Shown one piece after another: positions 8,507 to 17,194 of a stretch of DNA of 64,000 nucleotides. How positions within the stretch are numbered: the stretch's first letter is position 1; each line of letters begins with the position of its first letter. The translations under genes and the position numbers were made by a program. Source of the stretch: an uncultured Clostridia bacterium. GTDB lineage: Bacteria; Bacillota; Dehalobacteriia; UBA4068. The notes beneath the pieces were generated by a model that saw nothing but the letters and a program-made list of their open reading frames with translations, was not told the DNA's origin and ran no database searches. The stretch covers positions 262 through 64,261 of the forward strand of contig CALXRV010000066.1 of the NCBI GenBank assembly GCA_944390945.1. Direction: 5' to 3'.

Positions 8507-10007
8507 ATTACCGCCGGAGGATACGCGGCGGAAAACAACAACCGTAGCAGCCGCCCTGGATTTGCAGCAGGCACGGCGCTGTCATTTTGCGGCGCCGCTG
8601 ATCGCAACATTGAAAGGGACCTGGGCGATCATCGTTTTTTTGATCGTAACCTTTTTTCGCGAAGTTTCCGCGCTGAAAAGCGCTGGTACGCTGTTGCTGT
8701 TCGCTGCTTTAGGCCTGGTTGTGTTATTGCTGTTGATCCTGGTGTTCAATGTGTTGCGCTGGCGCCGTACCTATATTTATTTTAGCGGTAGAGATCTTGT
8801 CGTTGAGCGGCGTCTGGCAATCTCGCAAAGCCGAACGACACTGCGCCCGGAAAGCGTAGCCAGCATCAATATCCAGCAGGGGATCCTGGAGCGCTTGTTC
8901 CGTGTCTCTCGCCTACAGTTTGATCTTAACTCTGCCGCAACAGCGGACAAGACGGATTTTGATTTGATTTTTCCTACGGCAGTTGCGCTTGCTTATCAGC
9001 AAGAACTGGAACGACTGCGCATGACCGCAGAAGTTGCTGCTGATCCTGTGCAGCAGGATATGCAGGCAGCAAGCGAATTTCTGGTTCTGCGTCGTTTTAC
9101 CTGCAAAGAAGTGGCGCGCCATGCGCTTTTGGGTACTTCACTTTGGAGTATCTTTTATACGCTGGTATCTGTCCCACTTTATTTTTCACTCTCTCTGGAA
9201 GAGGCATTGGCTGAGGGAGTGGATCTTTCGATGCTGATTGGCCTGGTGATCGCTTTTGGGCCTGTATTCAGCCAGATGATTTCACCGTTATTCCGTTATT
9301 ATGGTTTTACGCTTGCCCGACTGGGGAATGATCGTGTTCAGATCAGTTATGGTTTGTTCACCCGGCGTCAATTTACGTTGCCTTTGGCAAAGACGAATGC
9401 GATTGTGCTGCGACAGCCGTTTTTTGCGCGTTTGTTTGGGCTTTCCTATGGCGAGATAATCAATGTTGGCATGGGTGATGCGGCGGAGGGAATAGCGCCA
9501 GCTTTTTGCCTGCTGACCGATGTGCGGGAGATGTCCTTGTTGCTGGATCAGATCGCGCCGCAGTTTCGATTGGAGCAGGATATTTTGGCTTCACCCAAGA
9601 AAGCGTTGCCGATTTCCCTGCTGCGCTATGCGCCCTGGGCGCTAGCAGGGGTAGCTGCCGCTGTTTTATTTGCGCGCTGGTGGATCGGTTTGATCTGGTT
9701 TTGCCTGTTGATGGTGTCAGCGCTGTTTTCCTGGCGTACCAAGGGGCTATGTTTGATGGAGGACAGGCTTGCGATTTGCAATGGGATTTTTAATAAGCGT
9801 ACAATCATTACATTTTATGCAAAATTGCAGAGCCTGAAGATCGTCGATAATCCGTTGGCGCGGCGCTTGGGCTTAGCATGGGGCGTGGCGACGATCCTGG
9901 CGGAAGCAGCCAGCCGGACAAACACGATCGGCTGTTTTTCTGCCGCGGAGTTGGACAGTATTGCAGAAAAGATGCTCTGTTATGATAGTAACGGCCTACA
10001 GCGATAG
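8499..10007 (+). CDS. Membrane protein with repeated bPH_2 domains, YdbT-like
   Basis: Overlaps the upstream stop. Three repeats of TM pair plus PH-like segments (e.g. QQGILERLFRVSRLQFDL, RQPFFARLFGLSYGEI, VDNPLARRLGLAWGVATI). Confidence 0.65.
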   Translation: MRELPPEDTRRKTTTVAAALDLQQARRCHFAAPLIATLKGTWAIIVFLIVTFFREVSALKSAGTLLLFAALGLVVLLLLILVFNVLRWRRTYIYFSGRDLVVERRLAISQSRTTLRPESVASINIQQGILERLFRVSRLQFDLNSAATADKTDFDLIFPTAVALAYQQELERLRMTAEVAADPVQQDMQAASEFLVLRRFTCKEVARHALLGTSLWSIFYTLVSVPLYFSLSLEEALAEGVDLSMLIGLVIAFGPVFSQMISPLFRYYGFTLARLGNDRVQISYGLFTRRQFTLPLAKTNAIVLRQPFFARLFGLSYGEIINVGMGDAAEGIAPAFCLLTDVREMSLLLDQIAPQFRLEQDILASPKKALPISLLRYAPWALAGVAAAVLFARWWIGLIWFCLLMVSALFSWRTKGLCLMEDRLAICNGIFNKRTIITFYAKLQSLKIVDNPLARRLGLAWGVATILAEAASRTNTIGCFSAAELDSIAEKMLCYDSNGLQR

Positions 10008-10037
10008 CTGTTGTCAGATGAGCCGGAAAATAAAGCC

Positions 10038-10066
10038 TTGACAGGCAACTGGTAAAAGCCTATTAT
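10038..10066 (+). promoter_or_regulatory. Consensus-like sigma-A promoter ahead of the MFS leader
   Basis: TTGACA (10038-10043), 17-nt spacer, TATTAT (10061-10066). Confidence 0.65.
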
Positions 10067-10252
10067 ATGGATAGGGTATATTAAGCTAATGAAGCCGTTT
10101 ATGCGTATTAAGTCAGCGAGGAACGGGGGGTATCGTTTGATGCCCGCCGTTAAAATGACACTACTTGTTTCTGGTCTCTTTGAGGCTGGCGCTGACAGAG
10201 TACTGTGCTTTTCATATGATGTATGACTTAATTTAATGCGCAGGGGGAACTC
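10067..10252 (+). other. ~185-nt 5' leader with long-range helix and uORF (unclassified cis-regulatory candidate)
   Basis: GTCAGCG (10112-10118) pairs with CGCTGAC (10190-10196), enclosing hairpin ACGGGGGG...GCCCGCCGT (10123-10150). uORF 10089-10226 (45 codons) has an internal ATG at 10140 after a G6 run. Confidence 0.35.
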
Positions 10253-11548
10253 ATGTACTTCCATTTACATACCAATTGGCATATCCGAACCAAACGGCAT
10301 GCACAGATTGAAGAAGGCGCCTATGCCCAGGCAAAAGGTGACCGGCTTTGGACGCGTGATTTCTGTTCGATCTCTCTGCTTAATCTTCTGATTCTAACCG
10401 GCGGGAATATGCTGGTTTCCACATTTCCATTCTATCTTTCTGAGCTCGGTGCGACCAAAGTGATTATTGGCCTGGTCGCGTCGATTTATTATGCGACATC
10501 ATTGATTATGCGCCCGATCGCCGGTTGGTGGTTGGATCACCGCAGCCGAAAATCGATCTTTTTGGCTGGCATCTGCTCTTTGGCGGCACTTCCGCTGCTT
10601 TATCTTATGTTGCCAGTTTTGCCACTGGTTGTTCTGTTGCGGGCGTTCCATGGTTTTGCCTGGGCGGCAACAGGTACCGCCTGTACGACAAATGCTTGTG
10701 ATGTCATGCCGCAGAGTCGCTTTGGCGAGGGGATGGGCATGTTTGGCCTGACCAATTCTTTGGCGATGGTAATTGGCCCTGCCTTTGGTCTGATGTTGTG
10801 GGAGAGTGTGGGCGAAGTACCGTTTTTCTTGTTCATTAGCAGCTTTGCCGGCATTTCTTTGTTTCTTTTTTTCCGATTTAATTTCCGTGAAGTGGAGCAG
10901 CATTGGCATAGAGCGGGGAGAGCTCCGCTACATGCGCGTCTGCTTAATCTTTTTGATGAAAGGGCCTTGCCTGCAATGTCTTTGCTGTTTTTCCTCTGTG
11001 TGCCGGGCGGCGCGGTTTCATCTTTTATCGCGCTTTATGCTGCGGAAGCGGCGAAGGGTAGCGGGGGGCTTTATTTTACATTTCAGGCCCTGGGCACAGC
11101 TTCGATGCGCGTCTTTGCCGGACGCTATGGAGACCGACATGGGGAAAAATTATTACTTTATATCGGCTGTCTGTCTTTTTTGGCAGGTATTTTGTTGATG
11201 GTCATAGCGCAAGCGCCGGCGCTGTTTTATATCAGTGCTTTCCTTTACGGCACGGGTTATGGTCTGACATTGCCAACCCTGCAGACGATGTCGCTGCGCA
11301 ATGTGCCGAATCAGCGCCGCGGCGCTGCCAGTTCCACTTATTTGTGCGGCTTTGATATCAGCTATGGGTTGGGCGGGCTGATCGGCGGCGCTTTGGCAGA
11401 AGCTTTTGGTTATGGCGTAATGTTTGTCAGTCTGAGCGTATGCTTTATTATCTGTGCATTGATTTATAAACTGTGGGTATCCAAAACACCGGCAGCCTTT
11501 GATGTATATGTGGCAATGCAGAGAAAAAAACTACAAGAGTTGGGTTAG
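10253..11548 (+). CDS. MFS transporter (paralogue 1)
   Basis: SD AGGGGGAA. 12-TM pattern, LWTRDF N-terminal MFS signature and the loop motif WWLDHRSRK. Confidence 0.85.
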   Translation: MYFHLHTNWHIRTKRHAQIEEGAYAQAKGDRLWTRDFCSISLLNLLILTGGNMLVSTFPFYLSELGATKVIIGLVASIYYATSLIMRPIAGWWLDHRSRKSIFLAGICSLAALPLLYLMLPVLPLVVLLRAFHGFAWAATGTACTTNACDVMPQSRFGEGMGMFGLTNSLAMVIGPAFGLMLWESVGEVPFFLFISSFAGISLFLFFRFNFREVEQHWHRAGRAPLHARLLNLFDERALPAMSLLFFLCVPGGAVSSFIALYAAEAAKGSGGLYFTFQALGTASMRVFAGRYGDRHGEKLLLYIGCLSFLAGILLMVIAQAPALFYISAFLYGTGYGLTLPTLQTMSLRNVPNQRRGAASSTYLCGFDISYGLGGLIGGALAEAFGYGVMFVSLSVCFIICALIYKLWVSKTPAAFDVYVAMQRKKLQELG

Positions 11549-11557
11549 GGGTGACAT

Positions 11558-12844
11558 ATGCATATACCATGGCATGATCTCTGGCATGCGAGAAACCGGC
11601 ATATTGCAACCTCAGAGAAAAAAGCGCAAGTACAGTCGGATAGTGAACGATTGTGGACACGTGATTTTGCGATCATTGCCAGCGTGAATTTTGTTATCTT
11701 TCTGGCGGCAAACATGCTCGTTTCTACAGTGCCGTTTTTTATCGTTGACCTGGGTGGGAGCGAAGTAGTTGTCGGTGCTGCTGCAGCCCTATATTCGTTA
11801 GTTGCCTTGTTGACAAGACCGGTTGCCGGCTGGCTGCTTGACCACCGGAGCCGTAAAATTGTATTTGTAATTGGGGTTACTGGCATGATCATCGTGCCGG
11901 CAGCGTATCTTGTTTTGCCGGTATTGTCGATTGTGATTTTTTTGCGCGGGGTACAGGGGCTGGTCTGGGCATCAACGACGACCGCCTCGAACACGAATGC
12001 CTGCGATATCATGCCCCGACAGCGGTTTGCGGAAGGGATGGGTTTCTTTGGACTGACCGGTTCGATCGCGATTGTTATTGGTCCTGCGCTTGGCCTATAT
12101 CTTTGGGAAGAATTTGGCAAAGCGCCCGTATTCCTCAGTGTCAGCATTCTTTGTTTGCTTTCGTTGTTCATGTTGCGCGGGTTTCATTTTCGAAAGGTGC
12201 AGCGCTCCAGCAATGCCGGTAATCTACCACTTGGCACGCGCTTGGCGCAGTTGTTTGATGCCAATGCATTGCCTGCTGCAGTGCTGCAGTTTGTGTTGCG
12301 AATTCCATCTGGTGCAATCTCGTCTTTTGTTGCCTTGTATGCGGTACAGACCGGTGTGGGTAACGGCGGTTTATATTTTACCTTTCAGGCGTTGGGTACT
12401 GCATCAACGCGTGTTTTCGCCGGTAAGATTTGCGACCGCCGCGGCGAGGGCTTATCGATTTATTCCGGATGTACCAGCTTTGTGGTTGGTATTCTGATCA
12501 TGGTTTTTGCCAAAAGTGTGTTCCTTTTTTATTTTGGTTCTTTTTTGATTGGTATTGCCTACGGGATGACAATTCCGGCGATGCAGACGATGTCTGTGCG
12601 TAATGTGCCGACGGAACGGCGCGGCGCTGCATCTTCCACCTATCTCTGTAGTATTGATATTGGTTTTGGCATTGGCGGATTGCTTGGCGGCGTATTTGCC
12701 GATCTTTGGGGATATGCGACCATGTTTTGCATTCTAGCGCTGGGACCAGTGCTCTGTATGGTGATCTATGGGCTATGGGCTTCCAAAACACCGGCAGCAT
12801 TCAATTATCAGAAGCGGTTAAGGGAACAGGTGGAAAAACATTGA
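11558..12844 (+). CDS. MFS transporter (paralogue 2)
   Basis: SD AGGGGTGA, 9-nt gap after paralogue 1. Colinear roughly 50% identity by eye (LWTRDF, GWLLDHRSRK, GGLYFTFQALGTAS, RRGAASSTYLC). Confidence 0.85.
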   Translation: MHIPWHDLWHARNRHIATSEKKAQVQSDSERLWTRDFAIIASVNFVIFLAANMLVSTVPFFIVDLGGSEVVVGAAAALYSLVALLTRPVAGWLLDHRSRKIVFVIGVTGMIIVPAAYLVLPVLSIVIFLRGVQGLVWASTTTASNTNACDIMPRQRFAEGMGFFGLTGSIAIVIGPALGLYLWEEFGKAPVFLSVSILCLLSLFMLRGFHFRKVQRSSNAGNLPLGTRLAQLFDANALPAAVLQFVLRIPSGAISSFVALYAVQTGVGNGGLYFTFQALGTASTRVFAGKICDRRGEGLSIYSGCTSFVVGILIMVFAKSVFLFYFGSFLIGIAYGMTIPAMQTMSVRNVPTERRGAASSTYLCSIDIGFGIGGLLGGVFADLWGYATMFCILALGPVLCMVIYGLWASKTPAAFNYQKRLREQVEKH

Positions 12845-12889
12845 AAGCTGGTTATTTTTCATCTTTTGCGTAAAGAATGGGAAAAACGC

Positions 12890-12939
12890 TTGCTTTTTAA
12901 TTGTGATATGATATAATCTTATCGAGAATTGATTTCAAT
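12890..12939 (+). promoter_or_regulatory. Rubrerythrin promoter with downstream palindrome
   Basis: TTGCTT (12890-12895), 16-nt spacer, TATGaTATAAT (12907-12917). Palindrome ATTGA-TT-TCAAT at 12928-12939 could be a Fur/PerR-family operator; this is speculative. Confidence 0.5.
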
Positions 12940-12971
12940 AACTGATCATATAGAAGATGGAGGGATCGAGT

Positions 12972-13508
12972 ATGGAATTAAAAGGGAGTAAAACAGAAGC
13001 GAATTTGATGGCTGCATTTGCTGGAGAGTCTCAGGCGCATACGAAGTATGGTTATTATGCTTCCCAGGCGAAGAAGGACGGTTATGTTCAGATCTCCAAT
13101 ATCTTTGAAGAAACGTCCAAAAACGAAAAAGAGCATGCTAAAATGTGGTTTAAGCTGCTGCATAATGGCGTGCCTGCCACTCCGCAGAATTTGTTGGATG
13201 CCGCGGCGGGAGAAAACTATGAATGGACGGACATGTATGATGGCTTTGCCAAGGTAGCGGAGGAAGAGGGCTTTACGGAGATTGCCCGTCAATTCCGCGC
13301 CGTGGCAGCGGTAGAAAAGGAACATGAAGAACGGTATCGTAAGTTACTGGCGAATATCGAAGGTGGCCTCGTCTTTTCCCGCGATGGGGATATGCTTTGG
13401 CAGTGCACGAATTGCGGCCATATCCATGTTGGCAAAGCAGCGCCGGAAGTTTGCCCGGTTTGCGCGCATCCGCAGGCATATTTCCAGCTTAAGCCGGAAA
13501 ATTATTGA
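12972..13508 (+). CDS. rbr: Rubrerythrin
   Basis: Di-iron E..H motifs ([24 protein letters not shown]) plus a C-terminal rubredoxin-like CTNCGH...CPVCAHP. Confidence 0.9.
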   Translation: MELKGSKTEANLMAAFAGESQAHTKYGYYASQAKKDGYVQISNIFEETSKNEKEHAKMWFKLLHNGVPATPQNLLDAAAGENYEWTDMYDGFAKVAEEEGFTEIARQFRAVAAVEKEHEERYRKLLANIEGGLVFSRDGDMLWQCTNCGHIHVGKAAPEVCPVCAHPQAYFQLKPENY

Positions 13509-13546
13509 TTATCCGCAACTGCGGTTACTATCCGGCATGGATTACG

Positions 13547-13580
13547 ACAACCCCACTTTCATGTGGGGTTGTTCTTTTTT
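13547..13580 (+). terminator. Rho-independent terminator
   Basis: Stem ACAACCCCAC/GTGGGGTTGT, loop TTTCAT, then TCTTTTTT. Confidence 0.85.
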
Positions 13581-13698
13581 CGCGCAAGTGGAGTATTCGG
13601 ATTCAAAATCAGCTATTTCTGGCTGTTTCCCGAAATACAGTTGGTTGGGCTGGCAAGAATAGGCGCTAATATGTTATACTATATTTTTGGAGGTGAGG

Positions 13699-15741
13699 AT
13701 GATGCAGGATATTGAACGTGCTGAAAAAAATTTTCATCTGGTCAGCGCTTATCAGCCGATGGGGGATCAGCCACAAGCGATCGAATCTCTGTGCGCAGGC
13801 ATTGAAAACGGACTGCGGCATCAGGTTTTGCTTGGTGTCACCGGGTCTGGTAAGACTTTTACCATGGCAAATGTGATCGCAAAGCTGAACCGGCCCACCT
13901 TGGTGATTGCACACAATAAGACTCTGGCGGCGCAACTTTTTGGTGAATTCAAGGAATTCTTTCCGGAAAATGCTGTCGAATATTTTGTCAGCTATTATGA
14001 TTATTATCAGCCGGAAGCCTATATCGCTTCCAGCGACACCTATATTGCAAAAGATGCAAGCATCAATGATGAGATTGAAAAACTGCGCCATGCGGCGACA
14101 GCCAGCCTGCTAACACGGCGTGATACGCTGATCGTCGCCTCTGTTTCCGCGATCTACGGTCTGGGTGACCCTGCCGATTATCTGGATCTGAGTTTGATTC
14201 TGTACAAGGGGCAGCAGGCAGAGCGGGAAGATATTTTGCGCAAGCTGGTCAATATGCAGTACAGCCGCAATGAGATGGATTTTCATCGCGGTACTTTTCG
14301 TGTGCATGGCGATATCATTGAGATTTTTCCTGCTGGCAACGAGAATCGTGCCTTGCGCATCGAGTTGTTTGACGATAGCGTGGAACGATTGTCGGAAATT
14401 GACACGTTGACTGGGGAGATGACGGAAGACCTAAACAAGCTTTCTGTTTTTCCGGCCAGCCATTATGTGACCAAAGCGGAAAAACTGCAGCAGGCGATCG
14501 CCTCGATCCGCAGCGAACTGGCGGAGCAGCTGGTTTTGCTGCGTGCGGAGAATAAATTGCTGGAGGCGCAGCGTCTGGAGCAGCGCACGAATTTTGATTT
14601 GGAAATGCTGGAGGGGATTGGCCATTGCAGCGGTATCGAAAACTATAGCCGGCATCTAACCGGACGCAGGGAAGGAGAGCCGCCTTATACATTGCTCGAT
14701 TATTTCCCGGAAGATTATCTGGTGATGATCGATGAAAGCCATGTGACTGTGCCTCAGGTGCGCGGGATGTATGAAGGTGATCGCAGTCGTAAGGAGGAGC
14801 TGATTAAATACGGGTTCCGCTTGCCTTCGGCAAAGGATAACCGGCCGCTGCGGTTCGCTGAATTCGAGGAGCGGGTGGGACAGACGGTATATGTTTCCGC
14901 AACGCCGGGCCCCTATGAGATGGAGCGCAAGCAAAATCTGGTCGAGCAGGTCGTCCGCCCGACCGGTCTGCTCGACCCGGAGGTGGAGATTCGCCCGATT
15001 AAGGGGCAGATTGACGATCTGTTGGCTGAGATTAACCAGCGGGCGCAGAAAAATGAACGCGTGCTGGTGACGACTTTGACCAAACGCATGGCTGAAGACC
15101 TGACCAAATATCTGGAAGAAGCCGGCGTGCGCGTGCGCTACCTGCATTCAGATGTAAAAACACTGGAACGGATGGCCCTTGTACGCGATCTGCGGCTGGG
15201 CGTTTTTGATGTGCTGGTTGGGATCAATCTGTTGCGTGAAGGCCTTGATCTGCCTGAGGTGACATTGGTTGCCATTCTGGATGCAGATAAGGAAGGATTT
15301 TTGCGTTCTGAGCGCTCGCTGATCCAGACGATTGGCCGTGCGGCCCGTAATAGTGAGGGCAGGGTGATCATGTATGCGGATCATATCACGGATAGCATGG
15401 CCGCAGCAATACGCGAGACGAAGCGCCGTCGGGAAAAACAGGCTGCATATAATGCTGAACACGGTATCGTGCCCAAGACAATCGTCAAAGAGGTGCAGGA
15501 TGTGATTGCCGCCGTGCTGCCAAATGCAGAGCGGTTCGAACGCGAACATGGCGGCAAACTGAAAGGCGCTTTCGGCGTACGTAAGGATATTGAGCCAGAC
15601 AAAATGAAGAAGAGCGACCGCGAGAAGTTGCTGCGCTCGCTGGAGAAAGAAATGCGTGAGGCGGCGCGCAAGCTGGAATTTGAAGAGGCGGCTTTGCTGC
15701 GCGATGCGATTATGGAAATACGTTCTGCTGCTAGAAAATAA
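13699..15741 (+). CDS. uvrB: Excinuclease ABC subunit B
   Basis: SD GGAGGTGAGG. Contains [10 protein letters not shown] (Walker A), DESH box region, and a C-terminal UVR motif [10 protein letters not shown]. Confidence 0.97.
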   Translation: MMQDIERAEKNFHLVSAYQPMGDQPQAIESLCAGIENGLRHQVLLGVTGSGKTFTMANVIAKLNRPTLVIAHNKTLAAQLFGEFKEFFPENAVEYFVSYYDYYQPEAYIASSDTYIAKDASINDEIEKLRHAATASLLTRRDTLIVASVSAIYGLGDPADYLDLSLILYKGQQAEREDILRKLVNMQYSRNEMDFHRGTFRVHGDIIEIFPAGNENRALRIELFDDSVERLSEIDTLTGEMTEDLNKLSVFPASHYVTKAEKLQQAIASIRSELAEQLVLLRAENKLLEAQRLEQRTNFDLEMLEGIGHCSGIENYSRHLTGRREGEPPYTLLDYFPEDYLVMIDESHVTVPQVRGMYEGDRSRKEELIKYGFRLPSAKDNRPLRFAEFEERVGQTVYVSATPGPYEMERKQNLVEQVVRPTGLLDPEVEIRPIKGQIDDLLAEINQRAQKNERVLVTTLTKRMAEDLTKYLEEAGVRVRYLHSDVKTLERMALVRDLRLGVFDVLVGINLLREGLDLPEVTLVAILDADKEGFLRSERSLIQTIGRAARNSEGRVIMYADHITDSMAAAIRETKRRREKQAAYNAEHGIVPKTIVKEVQDVIAAVLPNAERFEREHGGKLKGAFGVRKDIEPDKMKKSDREKLLRSLEKEMREAARKLEFEEAALLRDAIMEIRSAARK

Positions 15742-15811
15742 GCCTAGGACAAAACGATGCCAGGCGCGTAAGCTATAAGCAGGAATATCTGGCGAGGGAG
15801 ATGGAAAAATT

Positions 15812-17053
15812 ATGGGGAAGCAGAGAATGCGATCCGAAGATAGCTGGGTGCGGAAAACGGCGATATTTCTTATCTCGCAGACCGTATCATTATTTGGCTC
15901 ATCTGTGGTTGGCTTTTCGATCGTCTGGCATATCACCTTGGAAACCAGTTCCGGTATGATGATGACGATCGGCACTTTATGTAATTTTCTGCCGCAGATC
16001 GCGATTTCATTATTCGCTGGCGTTTGGGCAGACCGCTATTCCCGCAAACGGCTGATCATGCTATCAGATGCCTGTGTTGCCATCTTTACGCTGGGACTTG
16101 CCTTGTTTTATCTTCGGGGAAATACGGATTTGCGCCTGGTCTTTTTTGTGCTTGCGATGCGCTCCCTTTTTTCCGGCATCCAGGCGCCAGCGGTCAGCGC
16201 GATTCTGCCGCAGATCGTACCCAAGGAGAAGCTGCTGCGTGTCAATGCATTGAATACGACGGTGACTTCTGTGATGACATTGCTGTCGCCGGCAGTGGGT
16301 GGGGCGCTGCTTGGTGCTTTTGGGTTTGGCTATTCTTTGCTCGTTGATACGACGACAGCATTATTGGCGATCGCCATCCTATGCCGTCTTTCCGTACCAC
16401 CGCAGCCGCGGCAACGGATTGCGGTGACGCCGTTTGTCGATCTGCTTGACGGATTGCGCTATATTCAACAGGATGCTTTTCTACGCAGCTTGGTTATCTT
16501 TTACGGCATATCGTTTTTTTTGATTACGCCGGCTGCTTTTCTTACGCCATTGCTGGTGGAGCGCAGTTTTGGCGCTGAAGTCTGGCGTTTAACGGCAAAT
16601 GAAATGCTCTGGTCCTTCGGTTCAGTGTTGGGTGGGATCATCGTTTCTCTCTGGGGTGGCTTTCGCAATCGTGTATTCAGTATCGGATTTGCGCTGGTGG
16701 CGTTCGGCATTACGTTTTTGCTGCTGGGGGTAATGCGCAGCTTTGGCCTGTATTTGGTGATTATGGCGGTATCTGGTGCATTTCTACCGCTGTTCTCGTC
16801 AGCCGAGATAGCGTTGGTACAGGAAAAGGTGCCAGCAGATATGTTGGGCCGCGTTTCTTCTTTATTGCAGCTTTGTGCTTCTGTCGTCATGCCGGTGGGG
16901 ATGCTTCTTTTTGGCCCATTGGCTGATCTGGTCAGCGTCCAGCTGCTGCTGATCTTATCCGGTGTTCTGATTGCCATGCTCGGTATCCTTATCCTGCGCA
17001 GCAGGCGTCTTCTTGCTTTTGATCAGGCAGAAAACGGGGAAAGTAATGTTTGA
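15812..17053 (+). CDS. MFS transporter (MFS_3/macrolide-efflux-like)
   Basis: 413 aa, 12-TM pattern, [12 protein letters not shown] loop motif. SD GAGGGAG. Confidence 0.8.
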   Translation: MGKQRMRSEDSWVRKTAIFLISQTVSLFGSSVVGFSIVWHITLETSSGMMMTIGTLCNFLPQIAISLFAGVWADRYSRKRLIMLSDACVAIFTLGLALFYLRGNTDLRLVFFVLAMRSLFSGIQAPAVSAILPQIVPKEKLLRVNALNTTVTSVMTLLSPAVGGALLGAFGFGYSLLVDTTTALLAIAILCRLSVPPQPRQRIAVTPFVDLLDGLRYIQQDAFLRSLVIFYGISFFLITPAAFLTPLLVERSFGAEVWRLTANEMLWSFGSVLGGIIVSLWGGFRNRVFSIGFALVAFGITFLLLGVMRSFGLYLVIMAVSGAFLPLFSSAEIALVQEKVPADMLGRVSSLLQLCASVVMPVGMLLFGPLADLVSVQLLLILSGVLIAMLGILILRSRRLLAFDQAENGESNV

Positions 17054-17104
17054 CAGCCGGGCTGGATTTTACTATAATAAACATGTACACAGAACATTTG
17101 TTCG
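17050..17104 (+). promoter_or_regulatory. uvrA promoter with LexA (Cheo/SOS) box
   Basis: TTGACA (17050-17055), 17-nt spacer, TATAAT (17073-17078). AGAACATTTGTTCG (17091-17104) contains a perfect GAAC-N4-GTTC just downstream of the -10. Confidence 0.75.
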
Positions 17105-17194
17105 GAAAATTTTACCGTTAGGGTAGAGAGGATAGAGTCGCTCCACTTTTTGATTGGCATGCACAGTTGAAGTGGGGTGGCTGGGAGAAAGAAC

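Noticed and set aside
13631-13644. LexA-box-like CGAAATACAGTTGG upstream of uvrB.
   Set aside because: It has two mismatches in the critical GAAC/GTTC arms (GAAA...GTTG). I am reporting it only as a contrast to the perfect box at uvrA.
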